Assembly: GCA_001794125.1 (NCBI GenBank) | Contig: MGJF01000002.1 | Location: forward strand, 37,751 to 101,750 | Length of the DNA: 64,000 nt | Direction: 5' to 3' | Origin: Candidatus Yanofskybacteria bacterium RIFCSPHIGHO2_01_FULL_43_32 | Lineage (GTDB): Bacteria > Patescibacteriota > Minisyncoccia > 2-02-FULL-40-12 > GWA2-44-9 | Shown: positions 9,363 through 18,960 of the stretch, piece after piece | How positions within the stretch are numbered: the stretch's first letter is position 1 | Layout of the letters: each line of letters starts with the position of its first letter | The notes under the pieces: generated by a model | Told to the model about the DNA's origin: nothing | Seen by the model: the letters and a program-made list of their open reading frames with translations, nothing else | The model's database searches: none | Position numbers and translations under genes: made by a program

Positions 9363-10325
9363 ATGCAGAAAGATTTAGAGCTTGAACTTTACCAATCGAT
9401 GTACCGAATGCGTGCCGCAGAGCGGGCCATTCAGCAAGAATATCCGAACAATCAAATGAAGACCCCGATGCATATGTCCATAGGAGAAGAAGGAATCGTT
9501 GCGGGCATTTGTACTGCCCTGAAGGAAAAGGCAAAATTCTACGGAACTTACCGTAGTCATGCACTTTACCTGGCTGTCACGGAAGAAACAGATGGTTTTT
9601 TTGCCGAGTTGTACGGTAAAGTTACAGGTCCAGCCGGTGGAAAGGCAGGCTCAATGCATTTGGCATCTCCTGATCACAATCTGATAATGACATCCGCCGT
9701 TGTCGGAACAACTATTCCGGTTGCAGTCGGCGGAGCATTCAGAGAAAAATACATGAATACGGACAAGATTGCCGTTGTGTTTTTTGGCGACGGCGCCGTA
9801 GATGAAGGCGTGTTTTGGGAAAGCTTGAATCTTGCCTGCTTGTGGAAATTACCGGTGCTGTTTGTCTGCGAAGATAACGGTCTGGCAATCCACACACCCA
9901 CATCTGTGAGGCGCGGATATGATTCGTTGGGAAAAATTGCCAGGCAATATAATTGTTTGGTCTATGATTCTTTTGAGCAAACCGATGTTTTGACTATTCA
10001 TGCTATGGCAAAAAAAGCTTATGCAGAGATTCAACGTTTCAGGATGCCTGCTTTGGCGATTATTCCTTACTATCGTTATTTGGAACATGTCGGTGTTAAT
10101 GAAGATTTTGATGTGGGATATCGTTCATGTGATGAGTTCGAACAATGGCTCGCGAAAGATCCAATAGCGCTTTTACGACGAAGGCTAATTAACCAGAACC
10201 AGGAAAATGCAGTAGTTTCAATTGAAGATGCAGTCAACAAACAGATTTTTATAAGTGTCCAAAAAGCAAAAGATGCACCATTCCCAAGACCCGAAGAACT
10301 TTACAGGGGGGTATACGGTGAGTAA
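9363..10325 (+). CDS. ThDP-dependent dehydrogenase E1 component, alpha subunit (PDH/acetoin-DH E1 alpha family)
   Basis: YRSHALYLA, GDGAVDEGVFWESLNLACLWKLPVLFVCEDNGLAIHT (ThDP motif), GGGAGG RBS. Confidence 0.8.
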   Translation: MQKDLELELYQSMYRMRAAERAIQQEYPNNQMKTPMHMSIGEEGIVAGICTALKEKAKFYGTYRSHALYLAVTEETDGFFAELYGKVTGPAGGKAGSMHLASPDHNLIMTSAVVGTTIPVAVGGAFREKYMNTDKIAVVFFGDGAVDEGVFWESLNLACLWKLPVLFVCEDNGLAIHTPTSVRRGYDSLGKIARQYNCLVYDSFEQTDVLTIHAMAKKAYAEIQRFRMPALAIIPYYRYLEHVGVNEDFDVGYRSCDEFEQWLAKDPIALLRRRLINQNQENAVVSIEDAVNKQIFISVQKAKDAPFPRPEELYRGVYGE

Positions 10326-11364
10326 GCGTATCATTACTTACGCTCAAGCGATTAACGAAGCTCTCCGGCAAGAAATGGAACGTGATTCAAGTGTCTTTGT
10401 TTATGGACTGGATGTCGCAGACCACAAAGGCATCAATGGAACAACGTCGGGACTAGCGGAAAAATTTCCGGGACGCTGTTTGAGTACGCCCCTATCAGAA
10501 GAAGCTTTGATGGGATTTGGTCTTGGTGCAGCTATCAATGGTCTGCGTCCGGTTAATGTTCATATTCGTGTTGAATTCTTACTTGTGGCTTTCAACCAGT
10601 TGGTAAATATGCTCGCCTCGGCCCGTTACGGTTCCAATGGTAAACTGTCCGTTCCAATTGTCATCAGAGTGTTGATTGGTCGCGGTTGGGGACAGGGATT
10701 CCAGCATTCAAAAAGCTTGCAAAGTATTTTTGCCCATATTCCCGGACTAAAAGTTATTATGCCGGCTACGCCATATGATGCTAAAGGTATGCTCATCGCC
10801 GCTATCCGCGACGATAATCCTGTTATTTGCATGGAACATCGGTTCCTGTTTTGGCAGGAAGGCGAAGTGCCTTTTGAGCCATACACCGTTCCTTTGGGCA
10901 AGTGCTCAATTCTTCGTTCCGGGTCGGACGTTACGATAGTGGCCAGCTCCTGGTCATGCGTTGACGCACTTGACGCGGCTAAAGTATTGGAGCGGAAACA
11001 CAATATTTTGGCCGAACTGATAAATGTGCGAACTATTGCACCCTTTGATGATGCAACAGTGAATCAATCTGTACGGAAAACCGGCCACTGTATTGTCGTG
11101 GATAGTGACTGGACTCATTGTGGGTTTTCCGCCGAAGTGGCAGCTCGTGTGCAGGAAGATTGTTTCGGCTCGTTGAGATCGCCTGTTACCCGAATCGGTT
11201 TTGCGCCGACTCATTGTCCGACAACCAGGCCTATGGAAGACCTGTATTATCCGAATGCGGAAACAATTATTCGGGTTACCGAAAAGAAGCTTGGCCTGAA
11301 GCCGGCCGATTTATCCGATGAAAAGTTCCACAATTACGAGAATAAGTTTAAGGGACCGTTCTAA
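10318..11364 (+). CDS. ThDP-dependent dehydrogenase E1 component, beta subunit (transketolase-like)
   Basis: ITYAQAINEALRQEMERDSSVFVYG...GLAEKFPGRCLSTPLSEEALMGFGLGAA; GTG start overlapping the alpha-subunit stop. Confidence 0.75.
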   Translation: MSKRIITYAQAINEALRQEMERDSSVFVYGLDVADHKGINGTTSGLAEKFPGRCLSTPLSEEALMGFGLGAAINGLRPVNVHIRVEFLLVAFNQLVNMLASARYGSNGKLSVPIVIRVLIGRGWGQGFQHSKSLQSIFAHIPGLKVIMPATPYDAKGMLIAAIRDDNPVICMEHRFLFWQEGEVPFEPYTVPLGKCSILRSGSDVTIVASSWSCVDALDAAKVLERKHNILAELINVRTIAPFDDATVNQSVRKTGHCIVVDSDWTHCGFSAEVAARVQEDCFGSLRSPVTRIGFAPTHCPTTRPMEDLYYPNAETIIRVTEKKLGLKPADLSDEKFHNYENKFKGPF

Positions 11365-11390
11365 AACCACCATTTGACAGGTGGTTTTTT
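11364..11390 (+). terminator. rho-independent terminator
   Basis: aaaccacc-atttgaca-ggtggtttttt. Confidence 0.55.
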
Positions 11391-11462
11391 AATGTTGCTT
11401 TCTTTCAATTATTTGTGTATACATTTAGATAAGCTTTTTAACAATTTCCATAAGGAGAGTGC

Positions 11463-12659
11463 TTGGCTGACTATCCCGGCTATCATATAAAATATTATCT
11501 GGCTGAAGATACAATTGATGCTAATGATTTAAGCGCTCTGGCCGATTGGTTGAAAACCAATCCGAGAATAACTATGGGGCCTTTAACCAAGGAGTTTGAG
11601 GCAAAATGGAGCAGTTGGCTGGGACAAAAGTATTCAATTTACTGTAATTCGGGTTCTTCTGCCAATCTGCTTATGTATGCGGCTCTGGCTGCTTTGGGGC
11701 GACTATCCAATAGGATGATTATTGTGCCAAGTGTCGGCTGGGTAACTACTATAGCTCCGGCTATTCAGTTTGGTTGGGAACCAATTATGTGTGAAGCTGA
11801 TCCGGATACTTTTGGACTGGATCTCAATCATCTTGAAGTACTCTTGCGGAGACACAATCCCAGTACGGTAATTATGGTTCAGGTCTTGGGTGTGCCTCAT
11901 AAAATGAACGAATTACTGGAACTGAAAAAACGATACGGATTTTTCTTATTGGAAGATACTTGCGCTGCTATGGGTTCAAGTTATCACGGTCAACATGTTG
12001 GCACCTTCGGCGATATGAGCAGTTTTTCACTTTTCTTCGGCCATCAAATATCAACCATTGAAGGCGGATTGGTCTCAACCAACAATGAAGAGCTTTATAA
12101 TCTAATGCTTATGATTAGAAGCCATGGCTGGACTAAAGACTTAGACACTGAAAAGAAAGAGGCTCTGTTGGCAAAACATAAGGTTGACAGCTTTCATCAC
12201 CCATTCCTATTTGTGCTGGACGGTTTTAATTTAAGACCGACTGATGACCACGCCTTTCTCGGAATTAAACAAATAGACAAAATGGAATGGCTTATCAAGC
12301 GCCGGATGGAAAATCATCTGCTTTATAAAGCAATTCTTGGCAAGTATTTCTGTGTTCAGAAATACGAACCGGATTCGGTCGTGTGCAGTATTTCCTTTGG
12401 CATGTTGGCAAGCAGTGTTGCTGAAAGAAAAAAGATAATTGAAGCTTGCCGTCGAGAAGGTATCGAAACTAGAATGTTTTCGGCAGGTAACCTGGGTCTG
12501 CATCCTTTCTGGTATGAAAGATACGGTAAATTTTCCGCTCCTATGGCCGACAGAATTCATCATTGCGGTTTGTTTCTGCCCAATAATCCGTCACTTAAAA
12601 CAAAGGATATAGAATTTATATCCAGTGTAGTATTAAACGCTACCAAGGAGGCTCAATGA
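11463..12659 (+). CDS. colD: PMP-dependent GDP-4-keto-6-deoxy-D-mannose 3-dehydratase (ColD/E1-type sugar 3-deoxygenase)
   Basis: GTFGDMSSFSLFFGHQISTIEGG...IRSHGWTKDL matches ColD GTFGLMGTFSSFYSHHIATMEGG...IRAHGWTRNL. A His replaces the Schiff-base Lys of DegT aminotransferases; ORF track implies a non-ATG (TTG) start. Confidence 0.75.
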   Translation: MADYPGYHIKYYLAEDTIDANDLSALADWLKTNPRITMGPLTKEFEAKWSSWLGQKYSIYCNSGSSANLLMYAALAALGRLSNRMIIVPSVGWVTTIAPAIQFGWEPIMCEADPDTFGLDLNHLEVLLRRHNPSTVIMVQVLGVPHKMNELLELKKRYGFFLLEDTCAAMGSSYHGQHVGTFGDMSSFSLFFGHQISTIEGGLVSTNNEELYNLMLMIRSHGWTKDLDTEKKEALLAKHKVDSFHHPFLFVLDGFNLRPTDDHAFLGIKQIDKMEWLIKRRMENHLLYKAILGKYFCVQKYEPDSVVCSISFGMLASSVAERKKIIEACRREGIETRMFSAGNLGLHPFWYERYGKFSAPMADRIHHCGLFLPNNPSLKTKDIEFISSVVLNATKEAQ

Positions 12660-13591
12660 GCAGAATTCTTGTAACCGGCGGAGCGGGATATATCGGTTCC
12701 GTTTTGGTGCCGATGCTTTTGAGCGCCGGCCACGAAGTTATCGTTTTAGATAATTTTATGTACAGACAGGGTTCTCTGCTTGATTGTTGCAATAACAAAA
12801 GACTGGCCATCATTCGAGGTGATACAAGAGATGAGAAATTAATAGACCGGATCTTTAAAAACCATCCAATTGAATATGTTCTCCCCCTTGCGGCCATAGT
12901 AGGAGCCCCGGCCTGTGACCAAGATCCCACGACATCCATTACAACCAATGTGGGTGGAGTGGTGGAAGTATCTCGAAGATGGACCACGAAAATAATTTTT
13001 CCGAATACCAACAGTGGTTACGGCATTGGCCAAGAGAGCATGTACTGCACAGAAGAGAGTCCCCTCAATCCGATTTCTCTTTATGGCCGCCAGAAGGTTG
13101 AAGCAGAAAGGTCGGTATTAGAAGGCGGTAACGCAATCGTATTGCGCTTAGCCACCGTATTTGGAGTAAGTCCCAGAATGCGTTTGGACCTTTTGGTTAA
13201 CGACTTTGTATATCGGGCCGTAACCGACAGATGTGTTACCTTATTTGAAGCGCACTTTAAGAGAAATTATATTCATGTCAGGGATGTGTCCAGAGCTTTT
13301 ATCCATTGTATGAATAATTTTGAGTCAATGAAAAACCAGACCTACAATGTCGGCTTAAGCGATGCCAACTTGTCTAAAAAAGAGTTGTGCCAAGAGATAC
13401 AGAAACAAATACCTGAATTTTATTTTCATGAAGCAGAAATAGGCGAAGATCCTGACAAGAGAAACTACATCGTTAGCAATGCCAAGATCGAAGCTACCGG
13501 CTTCAAACCACGGATCTCATTGCAAGAAGGGATAGCCGAATTAATTAAGGGTTTTCAAATCATAAGACGAGACCAGTTTACAAATTTGTAA
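12656..13591 (+). CDS. NAD(P)-dependent epimerase/dehydratase (extended SDR), probable ketosugar 4-reductase/epimerase
   Basis: ILVTGGAGYIGSVLVPMLLSAGHEVIVLDNF; ATGA overlap with colD. Confidence 0.65.
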   Translation: MSRILVTGGAGYIGSVLVPMLLSAGHEVIVLDNFMYRQGSLLDCCNNKRLAIIRGDTRDEKLIDRIFKNHPIEYVLPLAAIVGAPACDQDPTTSITTNVGGVVEVSRRWTTKIIFPNTNSGYGIGQESMYCTEESPLNPISLYGRQKVEAERSVLEGGNAIVLRLATVFGVSPRMRLDLLVNDFVYRAVTDRCVTLFEAHFKRNYIHVRDVSRAFIHCMNNFESMKNQTYNVGLSDANLSKKELCQEIQKQIPEFYFHEAEIGEDPDKRNYIVSNAKIEATGFKPRISLQEGIAELIKGFQIIRRDQFTNL

Positions 13592-13592
13592 A

Positions 13593-13616
13593 AGAGCCGA
13601 ATGGCTCTTTTTTTTG
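13593..13616 (+). terminator. rho-independent terminator
   Basis: agagcc-gaat-ggctct followed by tttttttt. Confidence 0.65.
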
Positions 13617-13706
13617 TTTCCAATATCGACGCAATCAGCTGATGGACAAATCTAAACTTTTATGTTATCAAATTGAGAACACCGCACCTTGTCAATAAGG
13701 AACAAA

Positions 13707-14696
13707 ATGAAAGCCATAAAAGTTTTGATTACAGGAATTTCTGGTTCCGGAGCAAGTTATTTAGCTGAATATATTGTTAATAACCATCCAGAAGTAGAAC
13801 TTCACGGCACTTTTCGCTCAAATAGCTCTCGCTCTCAAAAAAATATTCAAGAAATTGCAAACAAACTGTTTCTTCACGACTGCGACTTAGATGATTATAC
13901 CGTCACGCACCAATTGATTGCCGGACTTAAACCGGACATTGTTTTCCACATCGCTTCTTATGCCAACGTAAGAGAGTCCTGGGACAAGCCGGTCTTTACT
14001 CTGCAGAACAATATAATCAGCACAGCCAATCTGTTGGAAGCAATCCGATCGGCCGCCGGTATACACCCCCGGATCCAAATGTGCAGCACACCGGAAGTAT
14101 ACGGCCAAGTAGATCCCAAGAACATTCCAATCGATGAAAGCTGTCCCATTAACCCAAACAATCCCTATGCCGTATCCAAATTTGCACAGGAATCGTTGGG
14201 GTACTCTTATTTCAAGGGTTTTGGCTTGCCCGTGATTATTACTCGCATGTCTACCTATCTCAATCCGAGGCGGGCGGATCTTTTTGCCACAGCATTCGCA
14301 ATGCAAGTGGCGCGGATTGAAGCTGGTTTACAGAAAGAATTACGGCACGGCAACCTTGATTCTACCAGAACGATTCTTGATCCCAGGGACTGCGCCAGTG
14401 CTTATTGGGCCGCCATAGAAAAAGGCGAGTCCGGAGAGGTCTATAATATCGGCGGAAATACAGTGGTAACGGTTGGGGAATTTTTGGAAGTACTTAAAAT
14501 AAAAGCCCGACGAACGATTCCCTCTATAGCCGACAAGAGTTTATTTAGACCCGCAGACATCACTCTACAAATCATAAATTCCGGAAAATTTTCCAAGCAA
14601 ACCGGCTGGCAGCCAAAATATAGTTTTGAGGAAAGCGTCGAATACTTACTGGGGCATTGCCGCCGAACAGTTCAAGAGGAGTTGGCAAGCCGGTGA
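13707..14696 (+). CDS. gmd: GDP-mannose 4,6-dehydratase family
   Basis: LITGISGSGASYLAEYI / HGTFRSNSS / YAVSKFAQESLGYSY...RMSTYLNPRR track Gmd LITGVTGQDGSYLAEFL / HGIKRRASS / YAVAKLYAYW...NHESPRR; start at ATG 13707 with AAGGAA RBS. Confidence 0.75.
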   Translation: MKAIKVLITGISGSGASYLAEYIVNNHPEVELHGTFRSNSSRSQKNIQEIANKLFLHDCDLDDYTVTHQLIAGLKPDIVFHIASYANVRESWDKPVFTLQNNIISTANLLEAIRSAAGIHPRIQMCSTPEVYGQVDPKNIPIDESCPINPNNPYAVSKFAQESLGYSYFKGFGLPVIITRMSTYLNPRRADLFATAFAMQVARIEAGLQKELRHGNLDSTRTILDPRDCASAYWAAIEKGESGEVYNIGGNTVVTVGEFLEVLKIKARRTIPSIADKSLFRPADITLQIINSGKFSKQTGWQPKYSFEESVEYLLGHCRRTVQEELASR

Positions 14697-15652
14697 AAAA
14701 GAAAAAGGTTTTGATCTGCGGGGCAAGCGGGTTTATCGGAAGAAATATTTTTGAAGCACTAGTAAAAAATAGCGAGATAGAAGTTGTCGGCACATATAAT
14801 TCTCATCCATTTTACAGCCCCACTTCGAGTTTGAGGAAGGTTGACCTGACCAGTAAGAAAGATGTCAATAAATTGCTTGATGAAAATTTTGATGTAGTAA
14901 TCCAAGCCGCAGCGACCACATCAGGATCCAAAACGATAAAAGAGCATCCGGAAATTCACATAACCGATAATGCAATAATGAACTCTCTTGTTTTCCGCTC
15001 TGCTCATCATCATAAAATTTCTCATGTAATTTTCTTCAGCTGTTCAATTGTGTATTCCGGCGGCGACAAGCCGGCTAAAGAAACAGACGTTAATCTTAAT
15101 GACGGTATGCACTCTGCATATTTCGGAGCCGGTTGGACAAAAATCTATTTGGAAAAAATGTGCGAATTTTACTCACGTCTTGGTCGGACCAAATTTCTTG
15201 TAATACGGCACTCGAACATGTATGGTCCGTATGATAAGTATGACCCTGAGAGGTCTCACATGTTCGGCGCCAATATTACTAAGGTTATGACAGCAAAAGA
15301 TGGCGATGAAATTATGCTCTGGGGAACGGGCCAGGAAAAAAGAGATCTGCTGTGTATGTCTGATCTGGTGGATTTTATAGAGATTGTCTTGGCAAAGCCA
15401 GACAAGAAGGACTTTGATTTAGTCAATGTCGGTTGCGGTGAAGCTGTAAGTGTCAACGATATAATTTCAAAGACAATCCTTGCCTCGGGTAAGGACCTCT
15501 CTGTGGCACACAATGTAACCGGACCAACTATCCCGGTTAGCATTACACTTGATACGACAAAAGCAAAAAATGTGTATGGCTGGCAGCCACAAATTGGTTT
15601 AGACGAAGGCATTAAAAGAACAATTGAGTGGTATCGCAATAATTTTCCATAA
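14693..15652 (+). CDS. GDP-L-fucose synthase / GDP-colitose synthase-like (Fcl/ColC family) epimerase-reductase
   Basis: VLICGASGFIGRNIF; C-terminal VNVGCGEAVSVNDI...TLDTTKAKNVYGWQPQIGLDEGI resembles the Fcl C-terminus; GTG start overlapping the gmd stop (GTGA). Confidence 0.6.
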   Translation: MKKKKVLICGASGFIGRNIFEALVKNSEIEVVGTYNSHPFYSPTSSLRKVDLTSKKDVNKLLDENFDVVIQAAATTSGSKTIKEHPEIHITDNAIMNSLVFRSAHHHKISHVIFFSCSIVYSGGDKPAKETDVNLNDGMHSAYFGAGWTKIYLEKMCEFYSRLGRTKFLVIRHSNMYGPYDKYDPERSHMFGANITKVMTAKDGDEIMLWGTGQEKRDLLCMSDLVDFIEIVLAKPDKKDFDLVNVGCGEAVSVNDIISKTILASGKDLSVAHNVTGPTIPVSITLDTTKAKNVYGWQPQIGLDEGIKRTIEWYRNNFP

Positions 15653-15744
15653 CACCTCGCATTCTGCGGGGTTTTTAATTGACAGACGCAAATAAACAGT
15701 TAGAATAAAGGCCAGTTGTTTGTCAAAATTCAGGAGAAAAACCC

Positions 15745-16695
15745 ATGAAATATAAACCGCTTGGAACAAGCGGAATTATGGTATCAGAGATTGGATTTGG
15801 CGGCTGGGGAATAGGCGGGGTAACTCCGGGGCCGACCTCTTATGGTCCGACTGACGATAACGAATCACAGAGAGCCTTGGAGTCGGCATTTGATAGAGGA
15901 ATAACTTACTACGACACCGCCGGTGTTTATGGCAAAAGTGAAGAACTAATAGGAAAGACCTTTAAACATCGCCGAGGCAAAGTGGTTATCGGAACCAAAG
16001 TGGGGTTTCTGGAGCATCATACTCCGCAAGATTTTTCGAGAAAAAATATTATTGCCACACTTCAAAAAAGCCTAAAGAACATGGAAACGGATTACATTGA
16101 TCTCTACCAGCTCCACAATCCTGATCTTAAAAACCTGCCCATGGATGAGATTGTGGGTACCTTGATAAAATTACGAACTCAAGGACTAATCAGGGCCTTA
16201 GGTGTTTCGGTTAAACATCCTGATCATGGTCTGACAGCGCTATGGTATGGAGAATTTACTTCTATACAAGTTAATCTGAATATGATTGACCAAAGAGCGG
16301 TTGATAACGGCCTCATAAAACAAGCCGGGGAACAAAGCGTGGGAATTATAGCACGCACGCCTCTAAACTTTGGCTTCCTTACTGACAACGGCAAGACAAT
16401 GAACTTAGACTTCGGTCTGCAGGATCATAGGTCGGTTTGGTCAATGGAACAAAGAGTGGCCTGGCAAAAAGCCGCTCATTTGTTATCTGAAGTTTGCCCG
16501 GAAGAATCATTAGCCACATTGGCCATGCGTTATTGTTTAAGCGTTGATGGTGTAAGTACCGTTATCCCGGGCATGCTGACCGTGGATGACGTTTTGGCTA
16601 ATTCTGTCGCAGTAGAATTACCATTGAATCAAAAAACAATGTTTGAAATAAGGCACATATATCACGAGAATGATCAGTTCTTTGTCCGACAATAA
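15745..16695 (+). CDS. aldo/keto reductase
   Basis: LGTSGIMVSEIGFGGWGIGG, YYDTAGVYG, IDLYQLHNPD AKR signatures. Confidence 0.8.
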   Translation: MKYKPLGTSGIMVSEIGFGGWGIGGVTPGPTSYGPTDDNESQRALESAFDRGITYYDTAGVYGKSEELIGKTFKHRRGKVVIGTKVGFLEHHTPQDFSRKNIIATLQKSLKNMETDYIDLYQLHNPDLKNLPMDEIVGTLIKLRTQGLIRALGVSVKHPDHGLTALWYGEFTSIQVNLNMIDQRAVDNGLIKQAGEQSVGIIARTPLNFGFLTDNGKTMNLDFGLQDHRSVWSMEQRVAWQKAAHLLSEVCPEESLATLAMRYCLSVDGVSTVIPGMLTVDDVLANSVAVELPLNQKTMFEIRHIYHENDQFFVRQ

Positions 16696-16697
16696 AA

Positions 16698-16721
16698 TCG
16701 CCCTAAATAGGGCGACTTTTT
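16698..16721 (+). terminator. rho-independent terminator
   Basis: tcgccct-aaat-agggcga followed by cttttta. Confidence 0.6.
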
Positions 16722-16800
16722 ATTTAGTATTATTGAATTGCCAAAAGGTAAGTTTTTATGTATAACTATTGTCATGAACCTTAATAATTAGGGAGTAGCT

Positions 16801-18954
16801 ATGAGTTCAAGAGTAATTCCCCTCAAGGTTGTAACCGAGAGTCCTCCATTGGCCACAATTATTCCAAAACCGAAAAATAAGATAAAAATAGGCCCCATTC
16901 AGCTTAATAATAGCTTTTCTGGTCAGAATTATCTCCCCCAATCTATAGGAATGATTCAAGCCTATGCCAAAAAACATCTGACCCATGCCGAGGACTATAA
17001 TTTTCTTTTGCCACTTTTTACTTTTATGCCGATTAATGAGGCGGTAGAAAAATTAAGTGGTGCTGATCTTTTGGTTTTAAGCTTATATGTTTGGAATTTT
17101 GAAAATTCTATGGCTATAGCTGAAGAGTTTAAAAGACGCTACCCGGAACGATTAGTCGTTGTCGGCGGGCCTCATGTGCCTGATGGAAAAAAACAGTTTC
17201 AAAGAATTAAAAAATCTGATCCCGGATCAGATGAATTAAAGACGAAAAGAGTGGGCATAACTGAAAAATTTCATCGCGAACATCCTTGCATAGATATTGC
17301 GGTTCATGGGGAAGGCGAAAGGGTGTTTAAAATGATTCTTGAACGAATGGCCATCGATGGCCTGACCGATAAAAGCCAGATACCATCAATTAGTTATATT
17401 GATAACAAGGGATTGTTTCATCACAATTCCAAACTTGAACGGATGCGTGATTTATCTGAAGTTCCCTCACCATACCTTACGGGCGTGTTCGATCCTCTTG
17501 TGGCGGCATATCCCGATCAGAAATGGATTGCGATGTGGGAAACCGACAGAGGCTGCCCTTATCAATGTACTTATTGCGATTGGGGCGGAGCTACTGAAGA
17601 TAAGGTGAGCCCGTTCAAACTTGATTGTATCAGGCAAGAGGCTTGGTGGTTTGGAAAGCACAAGATTCCGTATATTTTTCTTGCGAATGCAAATTATGGA
17701 ATTTTAAAACAGGATGTAGAAATTGCAAAAAGCTTGGCCGAGGTTAAAAGGATAACCGGTTTTCCGGAAGGAATATCCGTTCAAAATGCCAAAAACCCGA
17801 AACCTCATACTTTGGAAGCTTTGGAAATTCTTGAACAGGCCGGTCTCAACAAAGCCACGGTAATGTCGATTCAATCTAAGAATAGGGAAACTCTTGAGGC
17901 GGTCAGGCGTGAGAATATGAAACCTGAAGAATATCAGGCAAACCAGAAACGCTTACGCGCTAAAGGTGTCTTCACGATGACTGACTATATTATTCCGATG
18001 CCGATGGAAACTTACGACAGCGTATTACAGGGAATATCCGACATTATTTCGGATGGTCAGCATGACCGGATTCAATTTAACAATCTTTCTATTTTGCCAA
18101 ATGCAGAAATGGCCGATCCGGAATATCAGGAAAAATACGGTATGGAAATGGTCAGGACGCCGATAACTAATATTCATGGTAAGAAAAGTGCATCTGTTAG
18201 CGGTGTTGAGGAATATCAAGATCTGGTGATTGCAACAAGCACAATGTCGAGAGAAGAATGGGTTAAGACACGAACATTGTGTTATGCGGTAGCTCTTGTT
18301 TATTTCAATAAACTTCTTCAGATTCCGATTATGATTTTGCACGAAATCTACGGAGTGTCTTATAAAGATATATTTGAAGCGTTTATGGAAGACCCGAAAA
18401 AATCCGTAAAATTTCCTGTTTTTGCCGAGATTCTTAATTTTTTTGAGACGTTCTCGCACGGAGTTCAAAATGGAACACAAGAAGAATTCTATCACTCTCA
18501 GGAGTGTTTAGACGTTTTGTGGCCGCCTGACGAATATGTATTTATTAAACTGTGCCGGGAAAATAAATTGGAAAGATTTTATGAAGAAGCTGAAATGATA
18601 ATGATGAATTTTGTAACCGGACCGGATATTTCGCCCGAACCTTTCAGGGAAGCAGTAGGACTCAATAGGTCACTGATAAAGTTACCGTTTCAGACAACAG
18701 ATTTGGAAATAACTTTAAATTACAATATTCTGGATATATATCAGTCCGCCCGATTGGAAGAGAAACTAGAACTTCAATCAGGAAATTACCGGCATGTTAT
18801 AGACAGAACTACTAAGTCAGATTCCGCTAATACTAATGCTAGGTGGGATTCATGGGAAGAATGGTATGAAAAAATGGTTTGGTGGTGCAACCGCCGAGGC
18901 GCATACCTCTATGGAAGCAAGAACCCGCACACAGAAATCGCCGGTCATCATTAA
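16801..18954 (+). CDS. cobalamin (B12)-binding-domain radical SAM enzyme (class B), 717 aa
   Basis: N-terminal B12-binding-like Rossmann segment, radical-SAM CPYQCTYCDWG (CxxxCxxC), long C-terminal extension. Confidence 0.7.
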   Translation: MSSRVIPLKVVTESPPLATIIPKPKNKIKIGPIQLNNSFSGQNYLPQSIGMIQAYAKKHLTHAEDYNFLLPLFTFMPINEAVEKLSGADLLVLSLYVWNFENSMAIAEEFKRRYPERLVVVGGPHVPDGKKQFQRIKKSDPGSDELKTKRVGITEKFHREHPCIDIAVHGEGERVFKMILERMAIDGLTDKSQIPSISYIDNKGLFHHNSKLERMRDLSEVPSPYLTGVFDPLVAAYPDQKWIAMWETDRGCPYQCTYCDWGGATEDKVSPFKLDCIRQEAWWFGKHKIPYIFLANANYGILKQDVEIAKSLAEVKRITGFPEGISVQNAKNPKPHTLEALEILEQAGLNKATVMSIQSKNRETLEAVRRENMKPEEYQANQKRLRAKGVFTMTDYIIPMPMETYDSVLQGISDIISDGQHDRIQFNNLSILPNAEMADPEYQEKYGMEMVRTPITNIHGKKSASVSGVEEYQDLVIATSTMSREEWVKTRTLCYAVALVYFNKLLQIPIMILHEIYGVSYKDIFEAFMEDPKKSVKFPVFAEILNFFETFSHGVQNGTQEEFYHSQECLDVLWPPDEYVFIKLCRENKLERFYEEAEMIMMNFVTGPDISPEPFREAVGLNRSLIKLPFQTTDLEITLNYNILDIYQSARLEEKLELQSGNYRHVIDRTTKSDSANTNARWDSWEEWYEKMVWWCNRRGAYLYGSKNPHTEIAGHH

Positions 18955-18960
18955 AAATAT

